Notes: generated from the letters alone by a model not told the origin. Positions 54,353-63,498 are shown, counted from the stretch's first letter. The stretch is 64,000 nucleotides of DNA from Chloroflexota bacterium (GCA_017881915.1 JADGQK010000001.1:2889-66888); one strand, 5' to 3'. Numbers and translations: made by a program.

Positions 54353-55224
54353 TGGACGAGACCTGGCCAACCGCTCAACGCCGCCACCTTCCGGGGCGAC
54401 ATGACCTGCCGATCATCGTCGGTGGCGGGATCGTCGTGGCCGTTGTCCTGATGGCCGTGCTGGCGCCGTTGATCAGCCCTCACGATCCGCTCGCCCAGGT
54501 CCTGCCCGATCGGCTCAAGCCACCGGCCTGGTTGCCGGGCGGTTCGCCAGCCTACCTCCTGGGGACGGACGCCAATGGCCGCGACATCCTTTCGCGGATC
54601 ATCTGGGGCAGCCGGACGTCGCTCCAGATCGGCCTGTTGAGCGTCCTCCTCGGGGCGGCGATCGGCCTGAGCAGCGGCCTGCTGGCTGGCTACCGGCGGG
54701 GCTGGGTCGACGCGCTCATCGGCCGCCTGGCCGATATCCAGCAGGCAATCCCGCTGCTCATCCTGGCCCTGGCAGTGATCGCCGTCGTCGGATCGTCGGT
54801 GCTCAACCTGGTCATCGTCCTCGGCGCCGGATCGTGGCTCTACTACCACCGGGTCGTGCGAGGCGAGGTGCTCGCGATCCGTGAACGCCCGTATGTCGAG
54901 GCGGCCCGGGCGGTCGGGGCCGGCGACTGGCGGATCCTCAGCCGGCACATCCTGCCCAACATTGCCGGCTCGATCGTCGTGATCGTCACCCTGGAGATCC
55001 CCCAGGTGATCCTGTTCACCGCGGGGCTGACGTTCCTGGGCCTGGGCGTGCCACCGCCCACGCCGGAGTGGGGTCGACTGATCTTCGAGGGTCGCGACTA
55101 CCTCCAGGGAGCCTGGTGGCTGACCCTTGAACCGGCGGCGTTCCTCGTCCTCTTCGTGCTGGGGGTGAATCTCCTCGGTGACGCCCTGCGCGACAGGCTG
55201 GACCCGGTCCGAAGGCACCACTGA
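54352..55224 (+). CDS. ABC transporter permease (Dpp/Opp/Nik type, DppC-like)
   Basis: The sequence contains LLGTDANGRDILSRIIWGSR and YVEAARAVGAGDWRILSRHILPN. The ATG overlaps the previous stop (TGATG). Confidence 0.9.
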   Translation: MDETWPTAQRRHLPGRHDLPIIVGGGIVVAVVLMAVLAPLISPHDPLAQVLPDRLKPPAWLPGGSPAYLLGTDANGRDILSRIIWGSRTSLQIGLLSVLLGAAIGLSSGLLAGYRRGWVDALIGRLADIQQAIPLLILALAVIAVVGSSVLNLVIVLGAGSWLYYHRVVRGEVLAIRERPYVEAARAVGAGDWRILSRHILPNIAGSIVVIVTLEIPQVILFTAGLTFLGLGVPPPTPEWGRLIFEGRDYLQGAWWLTLEPAAFLVLFVLGVNLLGDALRDRLDPVRRHH

Positions 55225-55265
55225 CCGCAAGGGCGTATCATTACTTACCCTGCCGTGGTCCCAGC

Positions 55266-55499
55266 GTGACGGTCAGGCATGCCCAGTTCCGCAGCGACCG
55301 AACGGAGCCCGCGTTGGCCCTCATTCCACCCACCAAGCCCGGTATCATCCCCGAGTTCAAACACGTGATCGACGAGTACAAGCACCGCGAGCAGACCGTC
55401 ACGTGCGTGTGCGGCTGGCACGGCAGCTCGGTCGGCATCGATGGTCAACCATCGGCCTGGACGGCCCACCTGATCTCGGTCCGCGGCAAGAAGCGCTAG
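55266..55499 (+). CDS. Small hypothetical protein (77 aa)
   Basis: The ORF has a GTG start, third-position GC bias consistent with coding, and a non-repetitive sequence (..IIPEFKHVIDEYKHREQTVTCVCGWHG..). I do not recognise the family. Confidence 0.45.
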   Translation: MTVRHAQFRSDRTEPALALIPPTKPGIIPEFKHVIDEYKHREQTVTCVCGWHGSSVGIDGQPSAWTAHLISVRGKKR

Positions 55500-55558
55500 T
55501 TCGCGGCTTCAGGTCGGAGCAGCGCGGGTCCGGGCGCGGCCGGGCGTCGCAACGGGCC

Positions 55559-55741
55559 GAGTTCTTGCCGATTATTGCTCGCAGCGCTGCTATTCAAGGA
55601 ATCGCCCGTCCAGACGCGTTGAATCGCTAATGCGGTCGGCTTCCCACGCACGCTACCGGACCAGTCTCGTCCGCGAATCAGGCCAAAACGACAACATTTC
55701 CTGTTTACGAACTTCCCCACCGATAATCGGCAAGAACTGAG
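55559..55741. repeat. MITE-like element, family 2, copy B (~183 bp; long left arm, short right arm)
   Basis: The left arm is GAGTTCTTGCCGATTATTGCTCGCAGCGCTGCTATTCAAGG. The reverse complement of the right end is CTCAGTTCTTGCCGATTATCGG. The interior is noticeably less GC-rich than the surroundings. Confidence 0.6.
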
Positions 55742-55868
55742 CCGAGCGCCCGAGGCCAGGCTCAGCGAAGCGCCGGTAGTCCGCGGCGCATCGTCTAAAC
55801 ACCCGGGCGGCACGTGCGGTTGCACCTGCGCCAGAGAACGTCAGCGATTACCGGACGACGCTGGTCGG

Positions 55869-57146
55869 CTAGGCGCGGTCGAGCGCCGCGCTCAGGTCGG
55901 CCAGCAGGTCCGCCGCGTCCTCGATCCCGCACGACAACCGGATCAGCGCCGGATCCACGGCCAGCGGCGAGCCGGCGACCGAGGCGTGGGTCATCGCGGC
56001 CGGCAGCTCGATCAGCGACTCGACCCCGCCAAGCGACTCGGCCAGGGTGAACAACCGGGTCGATTCGCAGATCGCGGCGGCCCGCTCACGGGCGCTCCGG
56101 CCGTGGGGCCCGCCGGCCTGCGGGACGAACGAAAGCATGCCGCCGGCGCCGTGCATCTGCCGGGCCGCGATGGCGGCCTGGGGATGAGCATGTGGGCCAT
56201 CGCGGAGGCCCGGATACCGGACCAACTCCACGTCGTCGCGCGCGGCCAGAAACGCCGCAACCGCCGCCGCATTCGCCGCGTGGCGCTCGGCTCGCAACGA
56301 GAGCGTCCGGAGGCCGCGCAGAACGAGGAAGCAGTCAAATGGCCCGGGCACGGCGCCGATCGCGTTCTGGAGGAAGCGCAATCGCTCGGCGACGGCCGGC
56401 CGGCTGGTCACGACGATCCCATTGACCGTGTCCGAGTGGCCGCCCAGGTATTTCGTGGCCGAGTGGAACACGATGTCCGCGCCATGATCGAGGGGGCGCT
56501 GGACGGCCGGCGAGGCAAACGTGTTGTCGACGACCAGCAGTGGCCGCTCGCCGTTCGCCCCGTGGTGTGAGGCGACCGCGTCGGCGACCGCGGCAATATC
56601 GACGAGCTTGAGCAGCGGGTTCGTGGGCGTCTCGAACCAGACGAGGCGCGTCCGCGGCGACAGGGCCGCCCGGACGTTGGCCGGAGCGGCGGCAAGGTCG
56701 ACGTAGCGGGCGATGATTCCCTTGGGCCGGAGCACCTGCTCGAACAGCCGGTAGGTACCGCCGTAGACGTCGTCGCCGATCACGACCTCGTCGCCCGGCA
56801 GGGCTAGCTCGGCGAGCATCGCCGTCGCCGCGGCGCCCGATGAGAAGGCGATCCCCTGCTCGCCGCCTTCGAGGGCCGCCACCGCGCGCTCCAGCCGGTG
56901 GCGGGTGGGATTGCCGGTCCGGGCGTATTCCCAGCCGTCCCGTGGCCGGCCGATCCCGTCCTGGGCATACGTGCTCGTCTGGTAGATCGGCGGGGCCACG
57001 GCGCCGGTCAGCTCATCAGGCTCCTGGCCGGCATGGACCGACAGTGTTCCGAAGGACCAGCCCTCATCGGTCGCGTAGCGCTCCGCGAACGGCCGGTCGG
57101 CCGGTGTCAGGTCAGAACGGCGAGCGTCGTCCGGCTCGGGCGGCAT
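55869..57146 (-). CDS. metB: Cystathionine gamma-lyase/gamma-synthase (Cys/Met-metabolism PLP enzyme)
   Basis: The sequence contains IVFHSATKYLGGHSDTVNG (PLP Lys), YARTGNPT and ESLGGVESL. The lyase versus synthase specificity cannot be determined from sequence alone. Confidence 0.9.
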   Translation of the reverse strand: MPPEPDDARRSDLTPADRPFAERYATDEGWSFGTLSVHAGQEPDELTGAVAPPIYQTSTYAQDGIGRPRDGWEYARTGNPTRHRLERAVAALEGGEQGIAFSSGAAATAMLAELALPGDEVVIGDDVYGGTYRLFEQVLRPKGIIARYVDLAAAPANVRAALSPRTRLVWFETPTNPLLKLVDIAAVADAVASHHGANGERPLLVVDNTFASPAVQRPLDHGADIVFHSATKYLGGHSDTVNGIVVTSRPAVAERLRFLQNAIGAVPGPFDCFLVLRGLRTLSLRAERHAANAAAVAAFLAARDDVELVRYPGLRDGPHAHPQAAIAARQMHGAGGMLSFVPQAGGPHGRSARERAAAICESTRLFTLAESLGGVESLIELPAAMTHASVAGSPLAVDPALIRLSCGIEDAADLLADLSAALDRA

Positions 57147-57151
57147 CCCGA

Positions 57152-58582
57152 TCAGACCGGGACCGGACGATGGGCGACGTACTCGAGCAGGTCGAGCTTG
57201 GTGACAATCCCGGCCGGCCGGCCCGCCTGGACCGCGACGAGCGCCGAGGCTGTCCCCGACAGCAGCCGGAAGGCATCGTCGAGCGACGCCGTCACTTCGA
57301 CCACCGGCAGCGGCGGGTCCATCACCTCGCCGACGGTCCGCTCGACGACCGACGGATCATGGTAGGCCCGGTCGAGCAGGCCCCTCTCCGAGACCGAGCC
57401 GACGATCGCATCGAGGCGATCGGCTCCGGGCGCGTCGGCATGGGCCTCCGAAACGGGCATCTGGCTGATGCCGTACGCCTGGAGCTTCTCGATCGCTGCC
57501 CCAACCCGCTCGGTCGTCCTGGCCAGGACCAGCGTCGGCCGGCCCATGTCGAAGTGCCACTCCGTCAGCAGGTCGGCGATGTGGGCCGCGCCGCCGCTCG
57601 TCGCGAGCAGGCCGTTGACCCGCATCCACTCGTCGTTATAAAGCTTGGACAGGTAGTTGCGGCCGCTATCCGGCAGGAGCATCACGAGGATCGCCTGGTG
57701 GCCGCCATCCGTCTCGGTCAGCTCGCGGGCCACGGTCAAGGTGGCAACCAGGGCGGTCCCGGACGAGCCGCCGGACAGGATCCCTTCTTCGCGGGTGAGT
57801 CGCCGGGCGGCCGCGAAGGCGTCCCGATCGGACACCCGGACCCAGCGGTCGATGATCGCCGGATCGAACGTGCCGGGCAGGAAGTCCTCCCCGATCCCCT
57901 CGGTCAGGTAGGGCCGGGCCGTGTCGCCCGAGAGGACGCTGCCTTCGGGATCAGCGCCGATCACCTCGATCGCCGGATTGCGTGCCTTGAGGTGATGGGC
58001 GGCGCCGGTGATCGTGCCGCCGGTCCCTACGCTGGCGATGAAGTGGGTCAGCCTGCCGTCGGTCTGGCGCCATAGCTCGGGACCGGTCGTGCGCTCATGG
58101 GCGGCCGGATTCTCGGGGTTCCAGTACTGGTCGGGCTTGAACGCTCCGGGGATGTCGCGGGCCAGGCGGGCCGCAACCGAGTAGTAGCTCTCGGGCGACT
58201 CGGGCGCCACATTCGTCGGGCAGAGCACGACTTCTGCGCCGTACGCCCGGAGGAGGGCCTGCTTCTCGGTTGACTGCTTGTCGGCCATGACGAAGATGCA
58301 GCGGTAGCCTTTCAGGGCGGCGGCGATCGCCAGGCCGTGGCCGGTGTTGCCGCTGGTCGGCTCGATGATCGTGCCACCGGGTCGGAGCAGGCCGGCCCGT
58401 TCCGCCGCCTCGATCATCGGCAGGCCGATCCGATCCTTGACCGAGCCGCCCGGGTTCATCGTCTCGAGCTTGGCCAGGATGAGCGGCTGCCGTTCGGCGG
58501 GGCCCAGGTCACGGGTCACCCGGGTCAGCTGGACGAGCGGCGTGTTGCCGACGAGGTCGAGGATTGAGCGGGCGTAGTCCAT
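57152..58582 (-). CDS. cbs: Cystathionine beta-synthase (PLP domain + tandem CBS domains)
   Basis: The sequence contains LVGNTPLVQL, NPGGSVKDRIG, EPTSGNTGHGLA and a C-terminal CBS pair (ISQMPVS..., VGEVMDPPLPVVE...). The ATG is at 58582. Confidence 0.9.
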   Translation of the reverse strand: MDYARSILDLVGNTPLVQLTRVTRDLGPAERQPLILAKLETMNPGGSVKDRIGLPMIEAAERAGLLRPGGTIIEPTSGNTGHGLAIAAALKGYRCIFVMADKQSTEKQALLRAYGAEVVLCPTNVAPESPESYYSVAARLARDIPGAFKPDQYWNPENPAAHERTTGPELWRQTDGRLTHFIASVGTGGTITGAAHHLKARNPAIEVIGADPEGSVLSGDTARPYLTEGIGEDFLPGTFDPAIIDRWVRVSDRDAFAAARRLTREEGILSGGSSGTALVATLTVARELTETDGGHQAILVMLLPDSGRNYLSKLYNDEWMRVNGLLATSGGAAHIADLLTEWHFDMGRPTLVLARTTERVGAAIEKLQAYGISQMPVSEAHADAPGADRLDAIVGSVSERGLLDRAYHDPSVVERTVGEVMDPPLPVVEVTASLDDAFRLLSGTASALVAVQAGRPAGIVTKLDLLEYVAHRPVPV

Positions 58583-58635
58583 CCCCGCGAGGATAGCCGG
58601 TCGCCCGGACCTGGGCGGCACCGACGGTCGCCGGC

Positions 58636-59562
58636 TCAGAGACCATCTTGCGACTCGCCCGCCTGGTGGGCTTTCGGGCGGGCAAGGAAGAGCCAGGTCA
58701 GGCCCTGCAGCCGCCTCGGCCGGCCGGGCGGGTCGACCGTCCGGGGGTACAGCTCGGCAACAGCCGGGCCGAGGATGTCGGCGAAGCGGTCAGTGAGCCG
58801 GTGGGCCAGGTCGAGCTCGGCCCGGCTCCCGGGGTCGGGCAGCCGCCCGCCGGCGGGCCACTCAGGGCCGAGCAACTCGGCGACGGTTGTCAGCTCGAGC
58901 AGCCGAGTCGCCATCCGCCGGCCGATGTAGAGCTCGGCACTGCCCACGATCACGATCGGCAGGATCGGGGCGCCGGTCCGCAGGGCAATCAGGGCCGAAC
59001 CGAAGCGGAACGGCGCGAGTCGATCGGGCGGCCCGGTCACCCCGCCCTCGGGGATCAGCACGAAGACGGCGCCCGCTGCCACGACGGCCCGTGCCGAGGC
59101 CACGTGCTGGTCGATCCCGACGCCGCCCCGCCAGACCGGCAGCATCCCCCCGATCCGGTGCAGCAGCCACTCCCGCCAGCGGGCGCTGAAGGCCGAGGGG
59201 CCGCTGCCCAGGAACCAGATCCGCGGTTCGCGCGGCAGCGCGTTCATGATCAGGAACGGGTCCATCCAGCCTCGGTGGACGGCCCCGACCACGATGTAGC
59301 CGCCGGTCGCGGGCACGTTCTCCGAGCCGAGCCGTTCATGGCGCAGGCGCAGGACCCCGAACACCACGAACCGGAAGACGACCGCGATCACCCGCACGAG
59401 CGGCCCCGCCGTTGCTTCCGGCGCTCGGCCCAGCCAGTCGAGGCCCTCGCGGACGCCGCCACGTCCTCGGGCGAGCGCTTCAGGCGACGTGCGCGCCTGG
59501 GAGCGGCGGCTGGGCGGGCCGGCGGGCGAACTCGACGATGGCTCCGGGACCGGATCGATCAT
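58636..59562 (-). CDS. plsC: Lysophospholipid (1-acyl-sn-glycerol-3-phosphate) acyltransferase family protein
   Basis: The HxxxxD box is present (GAVHRGWMDPF), along with the FVLIPEGG box. The N-terminal ~60 aa are low-complexity, so the true start may be further downstream. Confidence 0.8.
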   Translation of the reverse strand: MIDPVPEPSSSSPAGPPSRRSQARTSPEALARGRGGVREGLDWLGRAPEATAGPLVRVIAVVFRFVVFGVLRLRHERLGSENVPATGGYIVVGAVHRGWMDPFLIMNALPREPRIWFLGSGPSAFSARWREWLLHRIGGMLPVWRGGVGIDQHVASARAVVAAGAVFVLIPEGGVTGPPDRLAPFRFGSALIALRTGAPILPIVIVGSAELYIGRRMATRLLELTTVAELLGPEWPAGGRLPDPGSRAELDLAHRLTDRFADILGPAVAELYPRTVDPPGRPRRLQGLTWLFLARPKAHQAGESQDGL

Positions 59563-59582
59563 GCCGGATCGATCATGCCCGG

Positions 59583-60491
59583 TCAGCCGCCCGCGGCACC
59601 GGCCTCGGCCGGGCTCGATCCGTCGGGACCGTCGGCCGCCGGCGCGTCGCCCCGCTGGTCCGGATCGGCGGGCAGCGACAACCCGGGCGGCAGGCGACGG
59701 TGACGCATGGCCAGGATCCCGACGGCCACGACGATCACCGCGGTCGAGATCAGCTGGGCGGTTGGGATCCCGAAGAAGGTCCAGTTGTCGACCCGCAGGA
59801 ACTCCAGCAGGAACCGGACGACCGCGTACCAGATGAAGAAGACCAGCGCGATCTCACCTGTCCGCAGGCGGCTCGCGTAGCGATTCGCCAGCCACAGCAG
59901 GGTGACCATGCCGACCAGGCCGGAGATCGATTCGTACAGGAACAGCGGCTGGAAGTGGGCATTGGCCGGCGTCGCCCCAAGGGGCGGACAGAGGTAGGCC
60001 GCCACCCGATGGCTGCACTCGATGGCGATCCCCCAGGGAGCCGTCGTTGGCGGCCCGTACAGCTCCTGGTTGAAGAAGTTGCCCCAGCGGGCCACGAACT
60101 CCATCGCGAACAGGCCGGGCGCGATGACGTCTGCCCAGGCCCAGAACGACTGGTGCTTCCGCCGGGCGTACACGATCACCGCGACCATGCCGCCGAAGAT
60201 CCCCCCGTACACGCCCAGGCCTGAGTAGGGCGGCAGGATGATCCGGCTCAAGTCGTCCTTGTACAGCGCCCACTGGTCGATCACGTGATAGGCCCGGCCG
60301 CCGATCAGGGCGACCACCGCCACGATGATCATCCCGTTCGCGAACAGGTTCTCGTCGAGCCCGCGCCTGCGCACCCCGCTCCGGATGACCACGTAGGTCA
60401 GCATCAGGCCGAGGGCGTAGCAGATCCCGTACCAGTAGATCGGTAGCGGACCGATCTGGAGGGCGATCGGTTGGGGGGTGAAGTCGATCAT
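59583..60491 (-). CDS. lgt: Prolipoprotein diacylglyceryl transferase
   Basis: The sequence contains IGPLPIYWYGICYALG, GGRAYHV, RWGNFFNQELYG and PTQLYES-like LFLYESI. The ATG is at 60491. Confidence 0.92.
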   Translation of the reverse strand: MIDFTPQPIALQIGPLPIYWYGICYALGLMLTYVVIRSGVRRRGLDENLFANGMIIVAVVALIGGRAYHVIDQWALYKDDLSRIILPPYSGLGVYGGIFGGMVAVIVYARRKHQSFWAWADVIAPGLFAMEFVARWGNFFNQELYGPPTTAPWGIAIECSHRVAAYLCPPLGATPANAHFQPLFLYESISGLVGMVTLLWLANRYASRLRTGEIALVFFIWYAVVRFLLEFLRVDNWTFFGIPTAQLISTAVIVVAVGILAMRHRRLPPGLSLPADPDQRGDAPAADGPDGSSPAEAGAAGG

Positions 60492-60582
60492 CGCCCCGGA
60501 GTGTAATCGCTGGTCGTCGATCGTCCGGGGAGGGCCTCGACCCGAGTTCTGGGTGCGCCTTCGCTCCCTATACTTGGCGCCC

Positions 60583-60942
60583 ATGAATGCCGAGTTTCAA
60601 TGGTGGCTGCTCCTCGTTGGACTGGTCATCGGGGCGCTCCTCGTCTTCCTGGTCATGGTCGACTTCTCGCGCTCGGCCGACGAGCAGGCAGATACCGAGC
60701 TGAGCCAGGAAGCAGACTGGATCGCCGGGCTGCTCGCTCCCGCACCTGGCCCGATCGACCCGGCGCTGATCGAAGAGATCCTCCGGCTCAACCGCGAATG
60801 GCTTGGCGGACCGGCGCTCCAGGCAGACGAGCTCGAGCCGGACGACCCGGGTTCAGCCGAGCGGGGCACCGGACTCGGGGACACGCCCGGTGTGCAGGGC
60901 GACCGCGCCGAGGGCGAGCCGCCGGAAGCCGACCTCCGCTAG
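60583..60942 (+). CDS. Small single-pass membrane protein (119 aa), hypothetical
   Basis: The sequence begins MNAEFQWWLLLVGLVIGALLVFLVMV and continues with an acidic soluble part. The last 90 nt overlap the convergent ubiE/menG gene, which lowers confidence. Confidence 0.45.
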   Translation: MNAEFQWWLLLVGLVIGALLVFLVMVDFSRSADEQADTELSQEADWIAGLLAPAPGPIDPALIEEILRLNREWLGGPALQADELEPDDPGSAERGTGLGDTPGVQGDRAEGEPPEADLR

Positions 60943-61599
60943 CCCAGCCGCGCGCATCGTCGCCGCGAGGGACGTTGCGTCAGGAAAGCCATCGAGCGAG
61001 CTCGGCAGGTAGCGGTATGCCCGGCCGTGGCCGAAGGCGCCCGCCACGAGCGGCGCCAGCCGGCCGAACGACGATCGGAACAAGCGGCCCCAGCCTCGCT
61101 GTGGTGGCATCGACAGCTCCAGACAGACGACCCGGCCGCCCGGCCGCACGACCCGGGCGAGCTCGCGCAAGCCGGCCTCGAAATCGGCCAGGTTGCGCAG
61201 CCCGAAGGCGATCGTGGCGGCATCGAACCCGGCATCGGGAAACGGCAAGGCGAGCGCGTTGCCAACCTGGAAGCTGAGCTGGACCAGGTCGCCGTGGGCG
61301 GCACCGGCGGCAGCAACCATCGCCGGGGCAAGGTCGATGCCCACGATCCGACCGAATGGCCCGACCCGCTCGGCGAGGGTGACACTGAGCTTGCCTGTGC
61401 CGCAGGCGACGTCGACGGCGGCGCCCCCCGGTTCGAGCCCGGCTGTGTCCGCCGCGGCCCGCCGCCAGCGGCCGTCGCCGCCAGCCGTCATCACGGTGTT
61501 GAGCCGGTCGTAGACGGGGGCGATCGCGTCGAACATCGCGGCCACCTCGGCTTCCGGCACCGAGTTGCCCTGACGCGATTCGGCCTGCGGAGGCATCAT
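60853..61599 (-). CDS. ubiE: Demethylmenaquinone / ubiquinone-menaquinone C-methyltransferase
   Basis: The sequence contains FDAIAPVYDRLNTVMTAG, the SAM motif VDVACGTGK and IAFGLRNL. The start is ATG-ATG at 61599. Confidence 0.9.
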   Translation of the reverse strand: MMPPQAESRQGNSVPEAEVAAMFDAIAPVYDRLNTVMTAGGDGRWRRAAADTAGLEPGGAAVDVACGTGKLSVTLAERVGPFGRIVGIDLAPAMVAAAGAAHGDLVQLSFQVGNALALPFPDAGFDAATIAFGLRNLADFEAGLRELARVVRPGGRVVCLELSMPPQRGWGRLFRSSFGRLAPLVAGAFGHGRAYRYLPSSLDGFPDATSLAATMRAAGLAEVGFRRLALGAVALHTGRVPESGAPLG

Positions 61600-61670
61600 C
61601 GACCCTCGCGCCGCGGCCGGGCCGCCGGGGATCCGGCCTCGGACCGTCGCGCAGCAGCGAGGTAGCAACG

Positions 61671-61970
61671 GTGGCCGAGGGGGCTGGACAGCCCGAAGCG
61701 GACCGCGACCCGGCGCTCGACGACTCGAGCCGCTCGGCGGCCGCCTGCCCGCGCTGTGGAGCGCATCGACTGGCCCTGCTGACCCTGCCCCAGATCGATA
61801 CAACCGGCTATCGACCGCTCGACGAGGCGTACGGGCTGACCGGCGGTCCCCGGCTCGAGGCGCCGGGCATCGGCTGCCTCGCCTGCGGTGCCGAATGGCC
61901 CGACCTGACGACCTTCAGCTCGGAGACCGAACCGCCCGAACCTCATTCCGGGGCCAGCGCCGACTCCTAA
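61671..61970 (+). CDS. Small hypothetical zinc-ribbon protein (CPRCG ... CLACG)
   Basis: The 99-aa ORF has a GTG start and two CxxC pairs 45 aa apart. I do not recognise the family. Confidence 0.45.
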   Translation: MAEGAGQPEADRDPALDDSSRSAAACPRCGAHRLALLTLPQIDTTGYRPLDEAYGLTGGPRLEAPGIGCLACGAEWPDLTTFSSETEPPEPHSGASADS

Positions 61971-61996
61971 CCGGCGGACGGCCCGGGCCGGCACGC

Positions 61997-62848
61997 TCAG
62001 TCCCCAACCGATCCGTGCAGAACCGGGTCGCCCGGAGCAAACGGGCCATTGATCGAGGCAAGGGAGACCCCGAACGGCGTCCCGGCCGGCACGTGCCCGA
62101 GGCCCGCAACCGGCCCGATCCAGTAGGCAAGGCCGGCGCCCAGGTCCATTCGACCTAGGTTCACGCGGGTCCCGTTGAGCAGGACCCAACACCGGTATTC
62201 ATTACCCGACGGAGCTGGCGCCAGGCCGCTGGCGACGACGACGAGCTCGGTCGTCGTGGGTGAGAACAGGAGCTTGCCGGTGGCGGCCGATCCAGGCGGG
62301 CCGATCAGCGCGACCCGCTCGACATCGGCTTCGGATCCGACCCGCAGCGTCCAGCTCGTGACGCGGGCCAGCTCCACCGAAGTCGCCTGGCTCACCTGGA
62401 GCGCCGGATCCGCGCGGCTGGCGACGACCGCGGCGGTCCCGGCCACTGCCAGCACGATCGCGGCCGCCAGGCCGAGCGGCAAGGCGACGGTCCGGAGCGA
62501 GCGCCGCCGAGCTGCAGAGGCAGCGTCCGGCAGCGCGAGGGCGGCAACCTGGGCCAGGGGCATGGGCTCAGACACAGGCGCAGCGGACGTGCGCGCGCGG
62601 CCGACCGCGCGGACCAGGGCCAGGGTCCGCTCTCGCAGCTCGGGCGGCGGTGTCTCGAGGATGGCCTCGCGGATCAGGCCGGCCGACGCCCGGAGTCGCG
62701 CGGCCTCGGCCGAACAACTCGAACAGCCGGCCAGGTGGCCGGCCAGCGCCGCAGCGTCGGGCGTGTCACCGGCGGCCAGGCGGTCGAGGCCGCCCGGTTG
62801 GACCGCGGCCAGCTCGAGCATCTCGCGAGCCCCATTGTGATCAATCAT
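61997..62848 (-). CDS. Anti-sigma factor (zf-HC2 N-domain, one TM segment, RskA-like extracytoplasmic domain)
   Basis: The HLAGCSSCSAEAARL sequence carries the H-x3-C-x2-C motif, and the TM segment is LPLGLAAAIVLAVAGTAAVV. The ATG overlaps the stop of the sigma factor gene (ATGA). Confidence 0.85.
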   Translation of the reverse strand: MIDHNGAREMLELAAVQPGGLDRLAAGDTPDAAALAGHLAGCSSCSAEAARLRASAGLIREAILETPPPELRERTLALVRAVGRARTSAAPVSEPMPLAQVAALALPDAASAARRRSLRTVALPLGLAAAIVLAVAGTAAVVASRADPALQVSQATSVELARVTSWTLRVGSEADVERVALIGPPGSAATGKLLFSPTTTELVVVASGLAPAPSGNEYRCWVLLNGTRVNLGRMDLGAGLAYWIGPVAGLGHVPAGTPFGVSLASINGPFAPGDPVLHGSVGD

Positions 62849-63498
62849 CCGTCGACAACTCCCACGACCGCGCCGGGGCCATCGATCGGCATGAAGCCTG
62901 GTCCGAGCGCGGTCCGCATCCGGAGCAGGGCCCGCCGGGTCCGCGTCTTGACCGTGCCGATCGGCCAGCCCAGGCGGTCGGCGATCTCGCTCTGGCTCAG
63001 CTCCTCCCGGTAGGCCAGGACGAGGACTGTCCGTTCGACCTCGGGCAGCTCGGCCAGGGCGGCGGCAAGCGACGTCCTCAGCTCGGTCTCGTCGAGGATC
63101 GCCGCCGGGCCCATGACGGGCTGCCCGGAGCCGACGACGGCGCCGCCGGCGACCAGCCGCTCGAGGGTCGCCGTGTCCCCCTCGTCGGACAGTGCCACGT
63201 CCGAGACGGGCACGGTCGGCGGCCGGCGGCCGATCGCGCGCAGCCGGTCGATCGTCCGGTTCCGGGCGATCGTCAGCAGCCAGGCCGGCAGCGAGCCCAT
63301 CGTCGGGTCGTACTGCTCGGCCCGGTTCCACAGGGCGAGAAATGTCTCCTGAACCACGTCTTCGGCGAGTCCTCGATCGGTCGTGAGCCGGCGCGCGGTG
63401 GCATAGACCGCGCCGGAATAGCGGTCGTACAACTGGACGAGGGCATCCTCGGACCCGGACGCAACCGCCCGGACAAGACCGGCGTCCCCGCCTGTCAT
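62845..63498 (-). CDS. ECF-type RNA polymerase sigma-70 factor
   Basis: Region 2 reads LAEDVVQETFLALWNRAEQYDP...WLLTIARNRTIDRLR. Region 4 reads ELSQSEIADRLGWPIGTVKTRTRRAL. Confidence 0.92.
   Translation of the reverse strand: MTGGDAGLVRAVASGSEDALVQLYDRYSGAVYATARRLTTDRGLAEDVVQETFLALWNRAEQYDPTMGSLPAWLLTIARNRTIDRLRAIGRRPPTVPVSDVALSDEGDTATLERLVAGGAVVGSGQPVMGPAAILDETELRTSLAAALAELPEVERTVLVLAYREELSQSEIADRLGWPIGTVKTRTRRALLRMRTALGPGFMPIDGPGAVVGVVDG

Noticed and set aside
55500-55869. A search for tRNA or small RNA genes in the larger intergenic gaps (here and at 782-1079, 11689-12107, 24483-24830, 45820-46343 and 50076-50338).
   Set aside because: I found no cloverleaf-compatible segments (GTTC-type T-loop with matching acceptor stems) by eye. 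The gaps are accounted for by the MITE-like repeats, the tandem repeat and promoter regions. A tRNAscan/Infernal run would be needed to be certain.
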